Assembly (NCBI GenBank): GCA_951406725.2
Contig: OX597815.1
Span: 42,160,001 to 42,224,000 of the forward strand
DNA: 64,000 nucleotides
From: Octopus vulgaris
Taxonomy: Eukaryota
Reading direction: 5' to 3'
The position numbers and the translations under genes were made by a program. The notes under the pieces were generated by a model. The model saw nothing but the letters and a program-made list of their open reading frames with translations, was not told the origin of the DNA and searched no databases. Positions 13,670 through 28,025 of this stretch are shown one piece after another; positions within the stretch are counted from its first letter, which is position 1, and every line of letters begins with the position of its first letter.

Positions 13670-13790
13670 TGTCGTCCGGAAGTGACTCGAGTACGTGACG
13701 CTAACAATACGCGGAAACAGCGAAATGCATATATGTCATTCTCGCGATCACTTCCGTTAAGTACGTCATAAAATGATAATGACGTTTATA
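13670..13790. promoter_or_regulatory. CpG-rich patch with ETS-, CRE- and TCTCGCGA-like motifs (possible promoter or TE terminus)
   Basis: CCGGAAGTG (13676), ACGTGACG, TCTCGCGA, CACTTCCG (13749), ACGTCA and TGACGT within ~120 bp of an AT-rich background. Confidence 0.3.
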
Positions 13791-14879
13791 ACCAAAAAAA
13801 TAAGTAACATTTATATAATATGTTATATTGTAATAATATATTATAATGATATTCAATGATCTTTGTCGTTAGTTTTCGGTGATCTGAATATCTGTATCTG
13901 GAAATTTCTCCTTCAATTTTTGTGGAAGACTATAAAAAAAAAATTATTTGAATAAAATCATTTAAAAAAAGTTATTTAAACATTAAATCCTGTTTGCTAA
14001 GCAAACTCATGTTCCCTTGTACATAAACGAGATATGAGCTTGTAAAGCATACATTCTATGCAACGTTTGTGTTGTGTTTTCTTTGTTATATCTTGTGTTT
14101 TGTGCTTTTGCTTAACTAAATGATGGAAGCCTTGCTCTCTATATAAACAAACTAAAAACACATAAAAGACTGTGTCACGATCAGCATTCCGAATGGTTCT
14201 ACTTGTATCAATTCAATAATTAATTTATGCAATTTCATATTATTTTGAATCTGTTTTGCATCGCTCTCGAAATTACGAACTGCGAGAAATCTATGAAGTA
14301 TCAATATCGTAGAATTCGTGACAACACCAGGAAAATAATTATCTCTTCTTTAATTTCATTCCTTGCAATGTCTCAAAATCAGTCTCAGCCTATTTTTGTA
14401 TGAATTTTTCTGTTGCTTGTTACGTTCACTTGTAAACTTGATATCTCCAGAATGACTTCTATTGATTTCTCTGTCTTAGAAAAATCTAGCTTAATGCCTT
14501 TGACACGTGATCAAAACGAGACTTCTGCTGTTATTCGCCAACATTGTTTTAAAGTTTATTCAAACACGGCGCTTGATAAATGGCGTCCTTCTCATGCAGC
14601 GAAGCTACTAAAGGTTGCCAAGGCTGCTTTCTGCTGACCAAATTATGTTAAAATTCTATATAAGTGTCTACTTTTTCCTTCGTTTGTTGCAGCTACTAAC
14701 TTATAAATATGCACACAGACACACATGCACAAATACACATAGACGTACATACACAAACACATTCACACATGTAATGTTATAATTGCGGTTATTTTTAATT
14801 GATAACATGATATTCCTATAGAAAAAATATTGTAAGACGTATGTACCCTTTATCTTTAATTACGTAATCTTTTACGTTT

Positions 14880-15075
14880 TATCTTTTAACTGTTTCGGTC
14901 ATTAATCTGCGGCCATGCTGGGGCACAACCTTGAGCAACTTTTCATCAAATGAATTTGACTCCAGTACTTATTTTTGTTAACGCCTGGTAGTATTCTACC
15001 TGGGTCTTACTAAGTTACGGGAACGTAAACACCGGTTGTCAAGCAGTGGTAGAGGACAACTACAAGCACAAAGAC
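14880..15075 (-). mobile_element. SINE family A 3' fragment, diverged
   Basis: CTGCGGCCATGCTGGGGCAC..GGTTGTCAAGC. Confidence 0.65.
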
Positions 15076-15139
15076 ACATATATACACACATACACACATG
15101 TATATATATATATATATACTTTTATCTTTTTTACTTGTT

Positions 15140-15758
15140 TCATGGGTCATCAGAGATACGCTGACGGAGATCTTCACAGACTTCGACGTGATGCTCTTTC
15201 TGCTCAGTGATCAGCAGGCGATGGACAAACTTGGCAGAGACACGCCACATGTTCAATCAAGACATTAGGATTGCCTGCACGGACCCATACGACAGACCAA
15301 CAACATCAGCAATGTCGTTGAATATCCTCCGACGATCTTCATGCACAAGCTGGTGAATTTTTTCCTCATTTCCAGGGGTGACGCTCGTAGTAGATCTTGC
15401 AGATCGCTCATCGTCTTTCAAGGTCGTCCTTCTGCTTGGGAGGCGCCCGTGTCACTCGAAACATTGCGTGCGATGCATTGCATCGTCGCCGTAAGCTTGC
15501 CGAAGCACGCTCAATGTCTCTGTAGTAGGCTTCCCAATTTAACGCAAAACATATTGGCTCTTTGTTTCTGTCCATGACAAAATCGCAGACTACAACATAC
15601 ACGATCACAATCACAACTTGCAAAGTAAACACAGCGATGTCACTCGGAACACTGCTTCCCGAAGATCACTGCTAGCTCTCACTGCGCATGCAACTGTGTA
15701 CTGCCATCTGTTGGCGCGCTAAAGAACTAGTTCGGTAACGTTTTGATATTACCTCGTA
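15140..15758 (-). mobile_element. mariner 5' fragment with one TIR
   Basis: Terminus TACGAGGTAATATCAAAA (rc of 15741-15758); reverse frame has EDRRRIF..IADVVGLSYGSVQAIL..LNMWRVSAKFV (HTH and WVP-like region). Confidence 0.8.
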
Positions 15759-16159
15759 GATTTTAAAATTATAAATATTAGCACATCCGAGAAAAACAGT
15801 TGTATATGTTTAAATCGGATGTCTTGTTGCTAATGATACTTTTATCTACCAAAATCATTTTTATAGTCATTAATTTAATTTACTGAGAAAACATACAATT
15901 TTACATAAACATAAACTTTACATAAATTATCAAAGTTTATCTTATTTAAATTTATATCTATCAAGTTTTTTTTAGCTGTAATGTTATTTCTTCTACATTC
16001 TTGTAATTAAATTTTTAAAATGTCTGCAACTTATACAGCTGATATTTAAACTATAACGAATATCCTTCCTTTGTCCTAAAATATCTCTTTCTTGAAAGGT
16101 CATTGAAAATTCTGTGTAGTAAATCGAAATCTAAGGTGGGAGTAAGAGTTATCTTCTCA

Positions 16160-16862
16160 TGTTCTCAAAATATTTGAGAACATGGGTGCCGCACGAATTG
16201 AACGACAAAAAAAAAAAAAAAAAAAAAGACGCCGTTTTGAAGTGTCGTCTTTCCTTCTTTCACGCACCAAGAACGATCGGTTTCTCGACCGGATTGTGAC
16301 TTGCGATGAAAAGTAGATTCTTTACGACAACCGGCGACACTCAGCTCAGTGGCTGAACGCCGACGAAGTTCCATGGTACCTCATAAAGCCAAAGTTGCAC
16401 CAAAAAGAGGTCATGGTGACTGTTTGGTGGTCTGCGGCCGACCTCATCCATTACAGTTTTTGGGATCCAGGCAAAATCGTTATGGCGGAGAAGTACTGTC
16501 AACAAATGGATGAAATGCATAAGAAACTCCAACAACAGCCAGCATTAGCCAATAGAAAAGGACCAGTTCTTCTCCACGACAACGCTCGGCCGCACGTCGC
16601 ACAACTGACCCTGCAGAAGTTGAACGAATTGGGCTACGAAATTCTGCCTCATCCGCCATACTCACCAGACCTCTCGCCTACCGACTACCACTTTTTCAAG
16701 CATCTCGACAACTTCCTGCGTAAGAAATGCTTCAAAAACCAAGGCAATGCCAAACACGCCTTCAACGACTTCATCGCCACCAGAACTCAGGATTTTTACG
16801 CTACTGGCATAAATAAACTTGTTTCGCGTTGGCAAAAGTGTGTTGATTCTGATGGTATTTAA
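16160..16862 (+). pseudogene. mariner (Mos1/SETMAR-like) DD34D transposase fragment
   Basis: WVPHEL, RIVTCDEK, KEVMVTVWW, LLHDNARPH, HPPYSPDLSPTDYHFF; in-frame stop and frameshift upstream. Confidence 0.9.
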
Positions 16863-17085
16863 TTCGATTAATAAAGTTTTGTTTGAGCCGAGATTCAAGA
16901 ATGAAATCGATCTTTTTTCTACTTCACTTATTACATGTTTTTCTCTTATAAAATACACACATACAGGAGAAGTAAATTATATATATAATAAATATAATAA
17001 TATTTTCAATGTGGCTCCCGAGAAACAGTCAAAGTAATTACCCGATCAATGACGAGTATTACTACTAGTGTGTGTGTATATATAT

Positions 17086-17162
<77 letters not shown>

Positions 17163-17412
17163 ATGTACTGTTCACTTAGTGGTGGGATCAAGAAAAAGTA
17201 CAGTAAGTTATAAATATCAATTAAATATACACATGATTTAAATGTGAGCTACTATAAGTTTCAAGCCTCCGAAAATACAAAATTCAGTCAAGCTTGTATA
17301 GTGTGCCATTTAATGATTGCTTGGAAATACACGGCACGCTATACAAGCTTGTCCGATCATTGTATTTTCAGGGGTATGAAACTAATAGTAGCTCTCCTTT
17401 AAATCCTTGTAT

Positions 17413-17445
<33 letters not shown>

Positions 17446-17448
17446 TAC

Positions 17449-17480
<32 letters not shown>

Positions 17481-18474
17481 ATGTATGTTTGTTTATGAGT
17501 CTATTTATAAACAGATATACATATATGTATATATGTACGCATGTTTATTGATATCTATCACAGGAAAGGTCAATTATTTGTGCAACAAATGTGAGAAAAA
17601 ATTCTGAATAAAAGTAATGTCATATTTAACAGAAACTAAAGCCGCGTTATTACTACTCAGTGTTTTAGTTTCAGGTTTCTCTGGTAGTAAGGAGGTTAAC
17701 AATGAGCATAAATCTATATACATATGATTCAACTCACCTTTGAAATGTCGCAAAATATTGGAAAATGTATTTGTAATTTGATTGTTTTTTTTTCTGGATC
17801 CTGTCGAGTTAATATTCGCAAAAATATGTAGAATGTACGCTTACGGATGTAAAATATTGAATTCGGAAAAAATAGAAAATCAAAAAACTCGAAAAAAGGG
17901 AATGAAAGAAGAGAAATGGAATATAGAATTATAAAGAGCGACAAAAGAAGTAAAAGGTTTACAAATATCATGCAATGCACTGATGAATAAAAATACTATA
18001 TGAACGATGAATGCAAATGAAAAACCTAAAATACAGTTGAGAGGAATAATAGGAAAGAAAGAGGAAAGTAAAGGAATAAATAAAAAGAGACAGAAATAGC
18101 ACAATTATATATGTAAATGGAAAAAAAGGAAAGAAAGAATTAGCGAAGAAAATGTAGGATAGCGAAAAAAAGGAAGGAATAGATGTTTTCGAAGAGTCAT
18201 ATAATTGATTTAATATGCTATACATACGAAAATTTAAAGACATTAAACATAAACTTATAAAAGAAAATTGATTAGGAAAATTATAAATGTCCGGTGATAT
18301 GGAATAGAAGAAATAGCTACAAGATTTTAAATTATATTCAACGATGTGTCTGCATTTTAATTCTTGAATAGAAATGAGAGTTTACGTGAGTAATATGACA
18401 TTAACTCTCTGTTTCTACTGAGAATGTTTCTGCTTCTCCGAGATTGTTAAAATTTAGAGACTAGTGTGCCGATT

Positions 18475-18860
18475 GTGGAGGCGCAATGGCCCAGTGGTTA
18501 GGGCAGCGGACTCGCGGTCATAGGATCGCGGTTTCGATTCCCAGACCGGGCGTTGTGAGTGTTTATTGAGCGAAAACACCTAAAAGCTCCACGAGGCTCC
18601 GGCAGGGGATGGTGGTGATCCCTGCTGTACTCTTTCACCACAACTTTCTCTCACTCTTACTTCCTGTTTCTGTTGTACCTGTATTTCAAAGGGCCGGCCT
18701 TGTCACTCTCTGTGTCACGCTGAATATCCCCGAGAACTACGTTAAGGGTACACGTGTCTGTGGAGTGCTCAGCCACTTACACGTTAATTTCACGAGCAGG
18801 CTGTTCCGTTGATTCGGATCAACCGGAACCCTCGTCGTCGTAACCGACGGAGTGCTTTCA
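18475..18860 (+). mobile_element. tRNA-derived SINE family B, full length with 10-bp TSD
   Basis: A box TGGCCCAGTGG, B box GTTTCGATTCC; TSD TGTGCCGATT at 18465 and 18861; near-identical minus copy at 51140-51510. Confidence 0.9.
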
Positions 18861-19565
18861 TGTGCCGATTATAGGCTTTTTACATGGTTTAAAATTTCCC
18901 ATCTGGTGTCGAAATTTGTATTGTGGTTATTTATATTCCAGGATATTTTTAGAAATTAATGTCTACTCGTCTGATCGAAGGTTATATATTTATTTGTAAA
19001 GCTTTGCACTCAGTGAAATTTAGTTCTTAATAATCAACTCAATCACAGTTAAAAAAGTTTACGTGAAGCTTTAAATAATAACTTTAATAAAGTTGGGAGT
19101 TCTAGATAGTTAATTTTTATAGAACTGGTGCTAAATATCCTTCGATAACTGACATGTTTGGAAAAATGTTAAAGAAGAAAGTTCCCGACATTTATCGCTA
19201 TATAAGTGCATTCTAAGAGATTATAAGGAAGATTATACCATAATTCGTCAAGGTTTCTGTTTTTGTTTTTGTTTTAGAATGTTGTTATAATAATTTTTTG
19301 TGTAATTTACCTTTTCTGTAGAACAACTCTGTGATAAAGCCTCAACCTATGAGATGCTTGATAGACGAAAATTAATATATTTGGTTAAATATTTTAAGAT
19401 AATTTGTTGATGCTCCAAATTCTTATCGGTAAATATCTAGGTTTAAGGCAATATCCACAGGACTAGCTGAGTACTGGCTGTAGATTTCAAGTGCAAATTT
19501 TCGAAAAACTTTGTGTTAGACGAAAAAAGAATCTATACGAAACGTATTTTACACACGAAACTTTT

Positions 19566-19632
<67 letters not shown>

Positions 19633-19814
19633 TTTATTACAGATGTAGAAAAAGGAAATAGTAGTCTTTTGGCTGCTATTTCTAAAATTTTCGGTATGTG
19701 GTCAAGCAATTTGTTGCTAAACCCTTATTGTTATATATATATATATAATTGTTAAAGAGAGAAGGCAAACATCTCAAATCATATACATTATTATTATTAT
19801 TGGAAAAAAGATTC

Positions 19815-21087
19815 AAAGTCTTGCAGCTGTTTCTGCGATATCCCAGAGTATGGGATATTCCGTCATCGGAGACAAATAGAGAAAATGAGAAGGGTATAGA
19901 TTAATGAAATGACGACATAGAGGACAGGAGTAAAGGAATAAGGAGATGAAGGTTATATCAGGATTTTCTTGTTTTATAAGAGAAACGAAACCTTTTATGG
20001 AGCCAGCCATTGATTGGGCGCCATCAGTACAAATGCCAACATATTCCTTTCAGGAGAGATATCTTGTTTCTAGATATGAGGATAGAATGTTGAATACATA
20101 TATTCCTTTGCTTGTCCCAGGTAGTTCTTTGCAGCATAGGAAATTTTCTTGAGTTTCACCCTCATTAACAAATCTTATAAAAGCTACATGACAATTATTG
20201 GTAAGATCTGTTGACTCATTAACTTGAATAGAAAAATTGCTATTTTTCAATTTGTCACGCAAAACCTCTTCAATGTCATGTGCCATATCATCGATGCGTT
20301 GACTTACTGTACTATCTGAAAGTGGAACATTTTCAATTTCTCGTAGTGCAATTTGACAAATCATTTTACCGACTATAATTTTACAAGCTAGCAGTACTAA
20401 GTTCTCACCAACTGTGTAACTTTTCCTTTTCTGTGCAATAATTTCTGCTACCAAATAACTTGTTTCAAGAGACTTTTCACTGACGCTAACTTTACACACA
20501 AAAGCTGTACTCTGTTTCTTCTGAGATTCCAACAGCCTTTAAAAAAATCTGCTCTCTGACTTTTCATATGACTGTGATTTGTTGTGAAGTGTCTTTTTAG
20601 TTTAGCTGGAGCCATTGCTGCATTTGATAGCTGTTTGCCATAAACGACACACAATGGAATGGGAGAGCTTGAATCACCGGTCCACGTGACGCCCATTGAT
20701 AAGCAACTTTCATCCTAAAGACAGATCTTCTTTCTTTCCGTTGTTGAACTACTAGTGCAGTGGTTCTTCATCACTAACCTCGTCCGAATTTACTGAATGT
20801 TCCTTCTTCAAAAACCTCCACATAGAGTTATTAGGTATTTCTGTAGAAATAAAGAAAAAGAATACAGGGTAACCATAAATTACAGAAATCACTAAAAATA
20901 TCCCTAATGGTTGTTATATTTTTTGATAACATAATAGGTTAGATAGGATGATACAATATTACAATAAACAATAATATATTGTGCATGTTATAGCAATATT
21001 ACGATCATGAAATTAGCATTAGCTTATCTCACTCTTTCTCGCAGAACCCCTGGGAACCTTTTGAGGAACTCTAGTTGAGAAACGCTG
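19815..21087 (-). mobile_element. hAT Charlie/Buster (ZBED8/SCAND3-like) transposon remnant
   Basis: PLCVV..LSNAAMAPAKLKRHF; SYLVAEIIAQKRKSYTVGENL; PLSDSTVSQRIDDMA; terminus CAGCGTTTCTCAAC (rc 21074-21087) next to GTCTAGAG, a Charlie-type target. Confidence 0.9.
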
Positions 21088-21089
21088 GT

Positions 21090-21880
21090 CTAGAGAATGG
21101 TCACATGGTTATCTTTATAAAACAAGCAACCCAAGCAACCTTGCAACAAGCACGTTCTCCAAAAGAAACTCCCCTTACTGCCTTTTTTAAGCTGTGGCAA
21201 GTAGATAAAGATGAAAGAAAACTCATTTACCCACAATTACCCGTGTATTACACCTGGAGGAACAATAAATGGCGCAAAAGGAAACGTGGGGCGGATGCTC
21301 TTGCAAGAGTTTACAGTGTACCCCACCCCAAGCCAAGCAGAATGCCACTACTTATGTCTCTTTTTGCATGACGTACGTGGTCCCAAATCATTCCAAAATT
21401 CGAGGAGGGTAAATGGTCATGTCTGTGAAACTTATAGGGAAGCATACTATCAACAAGGTTATTTTAGAAAATGATGAGCATTTGGACCTTGCATTGCCTG
21501 AAGTATCAGTATCAGATTTTCTAAGGAAACTCCGTAACCTTTTTGCAATCATATTGAACATGTGTCAACTTGGCAGTCCCCTATAGCTTTGGATGAAACA
21601 TCGTGAGGACATGGCTGAAGACTTAAAGTATGTTGTTCAGCAAGCAAACCCAGATATCAATATTCAGGTCTCTGAAACAATTTTTAACCAAGCACTGATT
21701 GAAATTGAGGATCAAATTTTGGTCATGAGAGCTAAAAATTTGGACTACCAAAAGCAAACTATGAAACTAGTGATTTAACTTCAAGAGACAAATTATGACA
21801 TCACAAAGTTGGCTGCATTTGTGAATGAACAAGAATCTAAACTTCTTCCAGAACAACGGTGTGCATATGATAAAATGTTT
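21090..21880 (+). mobile_element. Helitron Rep-helicase fragment, frameshifted
   Basis: LENG..TPLTAFFKL..YYTW..KWRKRKRG..VRGPKSF..RVNGHVCETYREA..LRNLFAIIL..KHREDMAED..NQALIEIED. Confidence 0.85.
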
Positions 21881-21882
21881 CG

Positions 21883-21884
<2 letters not shown>

Positions 21885-21966
<82 letters not shown>
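21885..21966. repeat. (ATT)n microsatellite
   Basis: Direct repeat. Confidence 0.95.
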
Positions 21967-21969
<3 letters not shown>

Positions 21970-22534
21970 TTTGTTATGATTGAGTATCGTTAGACATATG
22001 TAAAAAAAAATATATATTTAGCATTAAAGCTAATTATGAAATATTCGGTTTTATCCCGCTAGGTGGAATAAATGCATACTGGTACTAATTGGAATTAAAC
22101 AAGACTGAAAAATGATGTACCTAGTTCTTGTTAGCATGAAATATATAATCAATATACCTATTATCAACTAAGCCAGTCTTGCGAGGATATGACACAGATT
22201 TATTTTGATTAGACATAAGATAAAAAAAAATATTTAGGGTTGCGATAATGAAGCATTGAAACACAATTTATAATTTTACATTCAAAACCGTTCTGTAAAT
22301 CAACAACGTTGAAATTTTATATAAATATAATTTTGGGGCACATATTTAACAATGAAGATATGATTGTATTATTTTTATTATTTTATTAACTTTTCAGTTA
22401 TAACATTGTTTTGAGCGCAGAAACTGACCCTTCTGTTATTTAAAGCCTCCCCTCGAGTCGATATACATACATACGTATATACATGTATATATTTGGCTAT
22501 ATGTGTATATATCTATATGTTTATATATATATAC

Positions 22535-22588
<54 letters not shown>

Positions 22589-23775
22589 GGAAGATTAGGC
22601 TTTCTAAAACTGCATTACAAAATGCAGACAGGTTTCTTACGCAGTGAAAAAAAATGTTACAATAAGTCTTGTTGAACCGAACAGAGAATGTAGATAAAAA
22701 TTTCTTTACATTTACGTGAATAAACAGCAAACCTCTCCATGAATTATTTTGATGGCATTCACTCCCTGTGGAAGTTTTAGCTATTTAGGTTTTAGGATTG
22801 TTTTTGTCAGCTGTTGAAATCAAAGCACAGAAATAGATCAAAATGTTATGGTAGGTAGCGTAAAAAACGTGGTAGAAAAGCATATCTGAGAACAATGCCA
22901 CTGAATCAGCCGATTGGGTGCGTCCTAACATCTGCACATACTATATTTTTGATGGAACAATTAGTAATTATCTAATAATATAAAGATGCATTAATTTTCA
23001 GTGTAAATGCACTTGAGTAAACGGCATAATAAACGGACGGGCTTCTGAATTCTGGAAGGTAGACGATCAGTGGCAACTTTTTACTTCGTGAGCTATGTGA
23101 GTAGATATTGAATCAACAAAGATCGGAAGCCTAATAGTTTGAGCTGGTCTAATAAAAAAAAAAGGTTTTTACATACTGACGCAGAAGATGATGATTCAAC
23201 TACAGGCAAAGATTTTGAATGAAACATGAAATGTTTTTAATCATTCTCACATGAGCTCGATCCTCTACCATGTGGTATCCAGATTAAAACGTTGACAACA
23301 TGTGGAAAGCGATGCTATTGCTCAACTAAGGTACTACAGCGCAACTGATATGCAAATCTCAGCTTGCCCAGAAATCTTTGAGACTAGAATCTTTGGCGTA
23401 CAATCATAGTTTTTATCATTAAGTAGCAGTGTTTTGGATTTGCAAAGAACTTCAGCAATGACTGGGTCTGTCTGTCTAAAATGCACGGGTTCACGTGACT
23501 CATTTACGAGTGTATTCTTCAATAACGGCCATATTCTGACGTCCGGATCTTAGCAAAATTTCCGTAACTGCCAAATCTTCAGCATCCACAGACGTAATTC
23601 AACAGAATCAATATATCTGGTATGACTGTGTGGTTAAAAAAATTATTTCACAGTCATGTGGTTTCGGGTTCAGTTCCACTTCGTATTTCTTAGGCAATTC
23701 ACAAATACTATAGCTTTGGTTTGACAGATGACCTTCAAATAAATTTGGCAGAAGGGAATTGTATAGAGGCCAATA

Positions 23776-23819
<44 letters not shown>

Positions 23820-23825
<6 letters not shown>

Positions 23826-24605
23826 GGAACTGTGTAAGGATGATTGTCTTTGATACAACGAGTATGAACACTGGGAAAAGAAATGACATTGTCATTCAGT
23901 TGCAAAGACTGTTTGCTCAAAAGGGTTTGAAAGAAACCGCGATTTATTGGTCGTCACTATCATATCCTTGATAAAGTTCTTCGTGTTGTAATGGATAACG
24001 AACTTGGAGAAAGAAAGTCATCTCCCAATATTGAATATACATTCATCCCAGAGCTTCTATGTAATTACGAGAAACTCCAGGCTAATTTCAATAATGGTGA
24101 AGAAAAGATTACTGAATGAGCAGGATGGCGAGATGTCATAAAATTTTCATTTCATTTGACCAGAGTTTTTCATTTCTTTGATGAAACCGGCAAATTTCCT
24201 ACTGTAAAGTTTCAAAAAATACCCAACTTAAGTAATGCAAGATGGAATTCTTGATCAATATTAGCTCTTTTGGCATTTATTCTTCTATCAGAACAAAGAG
24301 TTTTGCATTTCAATGTTTGTCGATTCATCTCTTACAGCTGGGCAGATTTTTGATTTACTGACCAAATGTTCAGTGCACATGATTATCAGAAGTTATGTGG
24401 TAGCGTGCAAGTTCATAAAAAAGCATTGAACCCTATAAAAAACTTTTGGAGTCGAGAACCATCAAAACTGGAAATTCCCAGAACAAATCAGAGTGCAGAA
24501 CGGGCAATCAAGTGCCTTCAAGATTTTTATGATGTTTGTAAAAAGAAGGATAAACTTCAGCTTCGATTTATTTTATCTAACAAAACATATTTTTGCTATG
24601 TATAA
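23820..24605 (+). mobile_element. hATm-like transposase fossil
   Basis: MIVFDTTSMNTGKRN; IGRHYHILDKVLR (CxxH-like); PNLSNARWNS; PRTNQSAERAIK; multiple stops. Confidence 0.65.
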
Positions 24606-24949
24606 AAATTTGCTAACATTCAGCACCCTTTTTCTTATACAGTTATTTAAAATTGGAATTAAACCTATAAAGTTAAAGATATGTATTGTTTTTAATTTTG
24701 TATGTTATCGAATGCTTATAGTGGCCTCTGTCTTAAAATAGCCTAATTTTGAACCTTTGCATAGAGCAATTTCAATTCAGTAATCTTTAAAATGTATAAA
24801 TACACTTTTATTCCACATATCTCTCTGCAGAAATACTGAAGTGTGAATCTAGTGCAACCTAGTGATTATAGTGTTCAGCAACACCGTCTGCAATGTAACA
24901 GTGGGAAAAGAATTTTCCGATATATAAAATAAGAGACGGATAGAGTTCT

Positions 24950-25400
24950 TAGAGGTGGTAATTATGTTTGAATTCTCTTTTGCTAGATAGGCTTGAAAAC
25001 TTTATTGAGCACAACGTTGTTTTTGTGGAAGTTCTCAAAAGCGGGAAACAACTAGTACATGATGTAGAAAAGTCGGTCCGGTAGCGTTGAGTTTATTGGC
25101 AGTCATTCGGAAAGGATAGAATCTTAAGATGATAAATGTATTGGTCGTATACACCTGTAAGGTGTCCATTGTCTTTGAGATGTTGAAAATGGGGACAAAA
25201 GATCGGTAACTTGCAAGATCATAAATATTGCCCTTTTTGAGATGAAACGCATTATCTGTTTCTTAAGTAAGTAGAACTCTGTAGTGAACGACATATTGAA
25301 GAGTTTTGTATTGTCGAGGAAGCTAGTTCAGAAGCTCACTCTTTCAAAATAATGGAATTATCGGCCCAAGAATCGGTGGACTTGCTGGGTTGGAGCGATT
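24950..25400 (-). mobile_element. Highly decayed LINE RT fragment
   Basis: Reverse frame DLASYRSFVPIFNISKTMD resembles the RT motif DPxNYRPISLLxxISKxME. Confidence 0.4.
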
Positions 25401-27339
25401 ATATACTCATATACACACATGCATGTATATACACATGCATGTGTGAATATACGAGGAAGTGATTGGTAGGTTTCGGAGAAATCTTCAGGAGAGGTTTTGG
25501 AATTGGAAGCAAAATGAATGAAAGAATTTTCTAATTACGGAAATATCATAGTTGAAGAGCAGTTGGTTAAAAGATTTTTGCGAAGTTAGTAACGATCTTC
25601 TTGGTAAGGGAACCATTATGCACAGCAACCGAAACAATTTTAATAGTTGAAAACATGAATGAAATATGATCGTCTGATCTAGTTCTGTAAACCATGAAGT
25701 CTGATGACCAATCTCAACCTAATAAGTGATCTCTATCTAGGAAGTTAGCACAGTCTTATCGATGTTACTAGTGTCTATATATGAAACAATCTAATGTCAA
25801 TGTTTCAGTAAGAAATATCAGATTCCTTTACTCGCTGCTTTCATGGAAGTCCATTAGGTATGAAATAATGTTAGGATTGAAATATATTTCTATTGAATTT
25901 GACAAAAGTAACAGAATATGAAGTCTATGCATATTTTCAACATATTGGTTAAAGATGGAAGTTATTATTACCTTTATTCGTTTTAAGGTCTTATGATTTT
26001 CAATTGTTCTGCATTAGTATTTGTATACATATACAACTTTCGTGCAACGAACCCATCTCCAAACAATTTGATTTAGATATAGATTGAATACGTTCAGACA
26101 GGACATCAGCTGTTTAGTTCTGAGCCAAAGCAGATTTGTTCCTCCCTCTGTATTGTTTCTTTCCTTGGATATTAATTGAAATTCATGAAGATAATATAAC
26201 TTTAGACTGAATATTTATCTGCAAGCGAAATATTACTTTTAGAAAATTGGCCAGATCTTGAGATGAATAGTGTAGAAAACAGAAGCATTACTTTTCTCTC
26301 CGCTTGAGTAGAATTTAATTCACTCTCATAATCTAATGAACCTATCGAACTGAAATACCCCAATTACTCCTTTTCCAATATATTTATTTCCTTCTGTATA
26401 AGCAATTATTCAGATAACTATCTACCAACTTGCTACGACTGGTAATTGTATCGTGTGTTGATACAGTATTGTACAATGCTCTCTACTACTAAAAGACTGC
26501 TAAGATACTATTTATTTACAATTTTCAGAGTCTTCAGTTACCTGAAAAGGTTTGTTAATGTTTATCTTGTCCAAGCTAATTTTGTAGGTGAAAAGTATAC
26601 TGTAAATTGAATCCACCATGTATATTCCTGGCATTTCTCAGATAATACACTATAATACGTGAACTATAATAAAAATACTAAAGCGTATAAGACTTACATA
26701 ATCCACAATCCTATAAAAGAAATTCTATTTGCAAAGATAATTTAATTCTATTTGCAACTGTCTGAATCTCAATGTAACCTATGTATATTCTGAATTCAAA
26801 ATTCAGATATTGAATAAAGTTTATTATTAGTCTAGATATAGAGAAAAATAAGTTATCTACTATTAAAATCTCGAAAAATTTTTGGCTAGTAATATGAATG
26901 GATTGCATTATTGTGATTATAGTTATTTTCAATAACACACATCGAGAAATTTTAGCTTTCTTTTGTGTTTCATGCTTTCCCTCAAGAATCTTAGCGTTTG
27001 TCTACTAAATATGTCTTCAGCCACGAAAATCGAAAGTAAATGACAGCGAAAAGGACCTGACTGAAAATGATACAAAAATATTCAGAGAAATAAAAGATAG
27101 TTATTAACGATGTTGAACATATGATAAAACTGGCATATGAACAACAAATTATCCAAGAGCCATTGCTTATCAAGAACGGGAAGCCATTGCTTATCAAGAT
27201 CAGGATGAAATAGCTCAAGATCATTTCCTAACAAATAGATTCCTGAAAATGATGATACTACTTATAGCCGGAAATGAATACAAGAGCAGTATCAAATTGT
27301 TGAAAATAAAATGCCAACTCCCCCAAACATCCCGTTATC

Positions 27340-28025
27340 CACCAGTAATATTGATTTCAAATTTTGGTACAAGGCCAATAATTTCGAGGAAAGCAGTAAG
27401 TCGATTACATCAAGTCGATTTATCAACCTCGAAAGGATGAAATGCAAAACTCATCTCGGTAGTATATAAACTCAGAATATAAAGACAGACGAAATGCCGC
27501 TAAGCGTTTTGCCCGGTGCGCTAACGATTCTACCAGCTCACCACCTGTGTCCGCCAGTAATATTAGTTCCACATTTTCGCACAAGGCCAGGAATTTTTGG
27601 GAGGAGAGTGTTAGTCGATTATTTCGATCCCAGTGTTCAACTGGTACTTAATTTATCGACCTCCAAAAGAATGAAAGGCAAAGTTGACCTCGGCGTAATT
27701 TGAACATAGAGTGTACAGACAGAAGAAATGTCGCTAAGCATTTTGCCCTGTGTACTAACAATTCTGCTAGTTCGCCGCCTTTTTATCCATCAGTAATATT
27801 ATGTTGTTTAGGCGGCGAGCTGGCAGAATTGTTAGCACACCAGGCAAAATGCTTAGCAGCATTCTGTCCGTCGTCACGTCCTGGGTTCAAATTCCGCCGA
27901 GGTCGACTTTGTCTTTCATCTTTTCGAGGTCACTAAAATAAGTACCAGTTGAATCCTGGGGATCGATCTAATCGACTTACCCACTTCACCCGAAATTGCT
28001 GGCCATGTGCTAAAACTTGAAACCA
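27340..28025. mobile_element. SINE family C cluster (two minus copies, then one plus copy)
   Basis: GAAAGGCAAAGTTGACCTCGGCG and GAGGTCGACTTTGTCTTTCATC cores; (C/T)CAGTAATATT recurs before each unit. Confidence 0.75.

Noticed and set aside
16395-16862. SETMAR host gene
   Set aside because: No SET domain, and the upstream transposase is disrupted; ordinary mariner fossil
18609-18812. 67-aa ORF duplicated at 51185-51388
   Set aside because: Lies within SINE family B copies; not a gene
23334-23522. 62-aa minus-strand ORF with protein-like composition
   Set aside because: No recognisable motif; cannot assign without a search
27340-27800. CRISPR-like recurring CAGTAATATT units
   Set aside because: Units are tandem SINE copies in eukaryotic DNA; no spacers or cas genes
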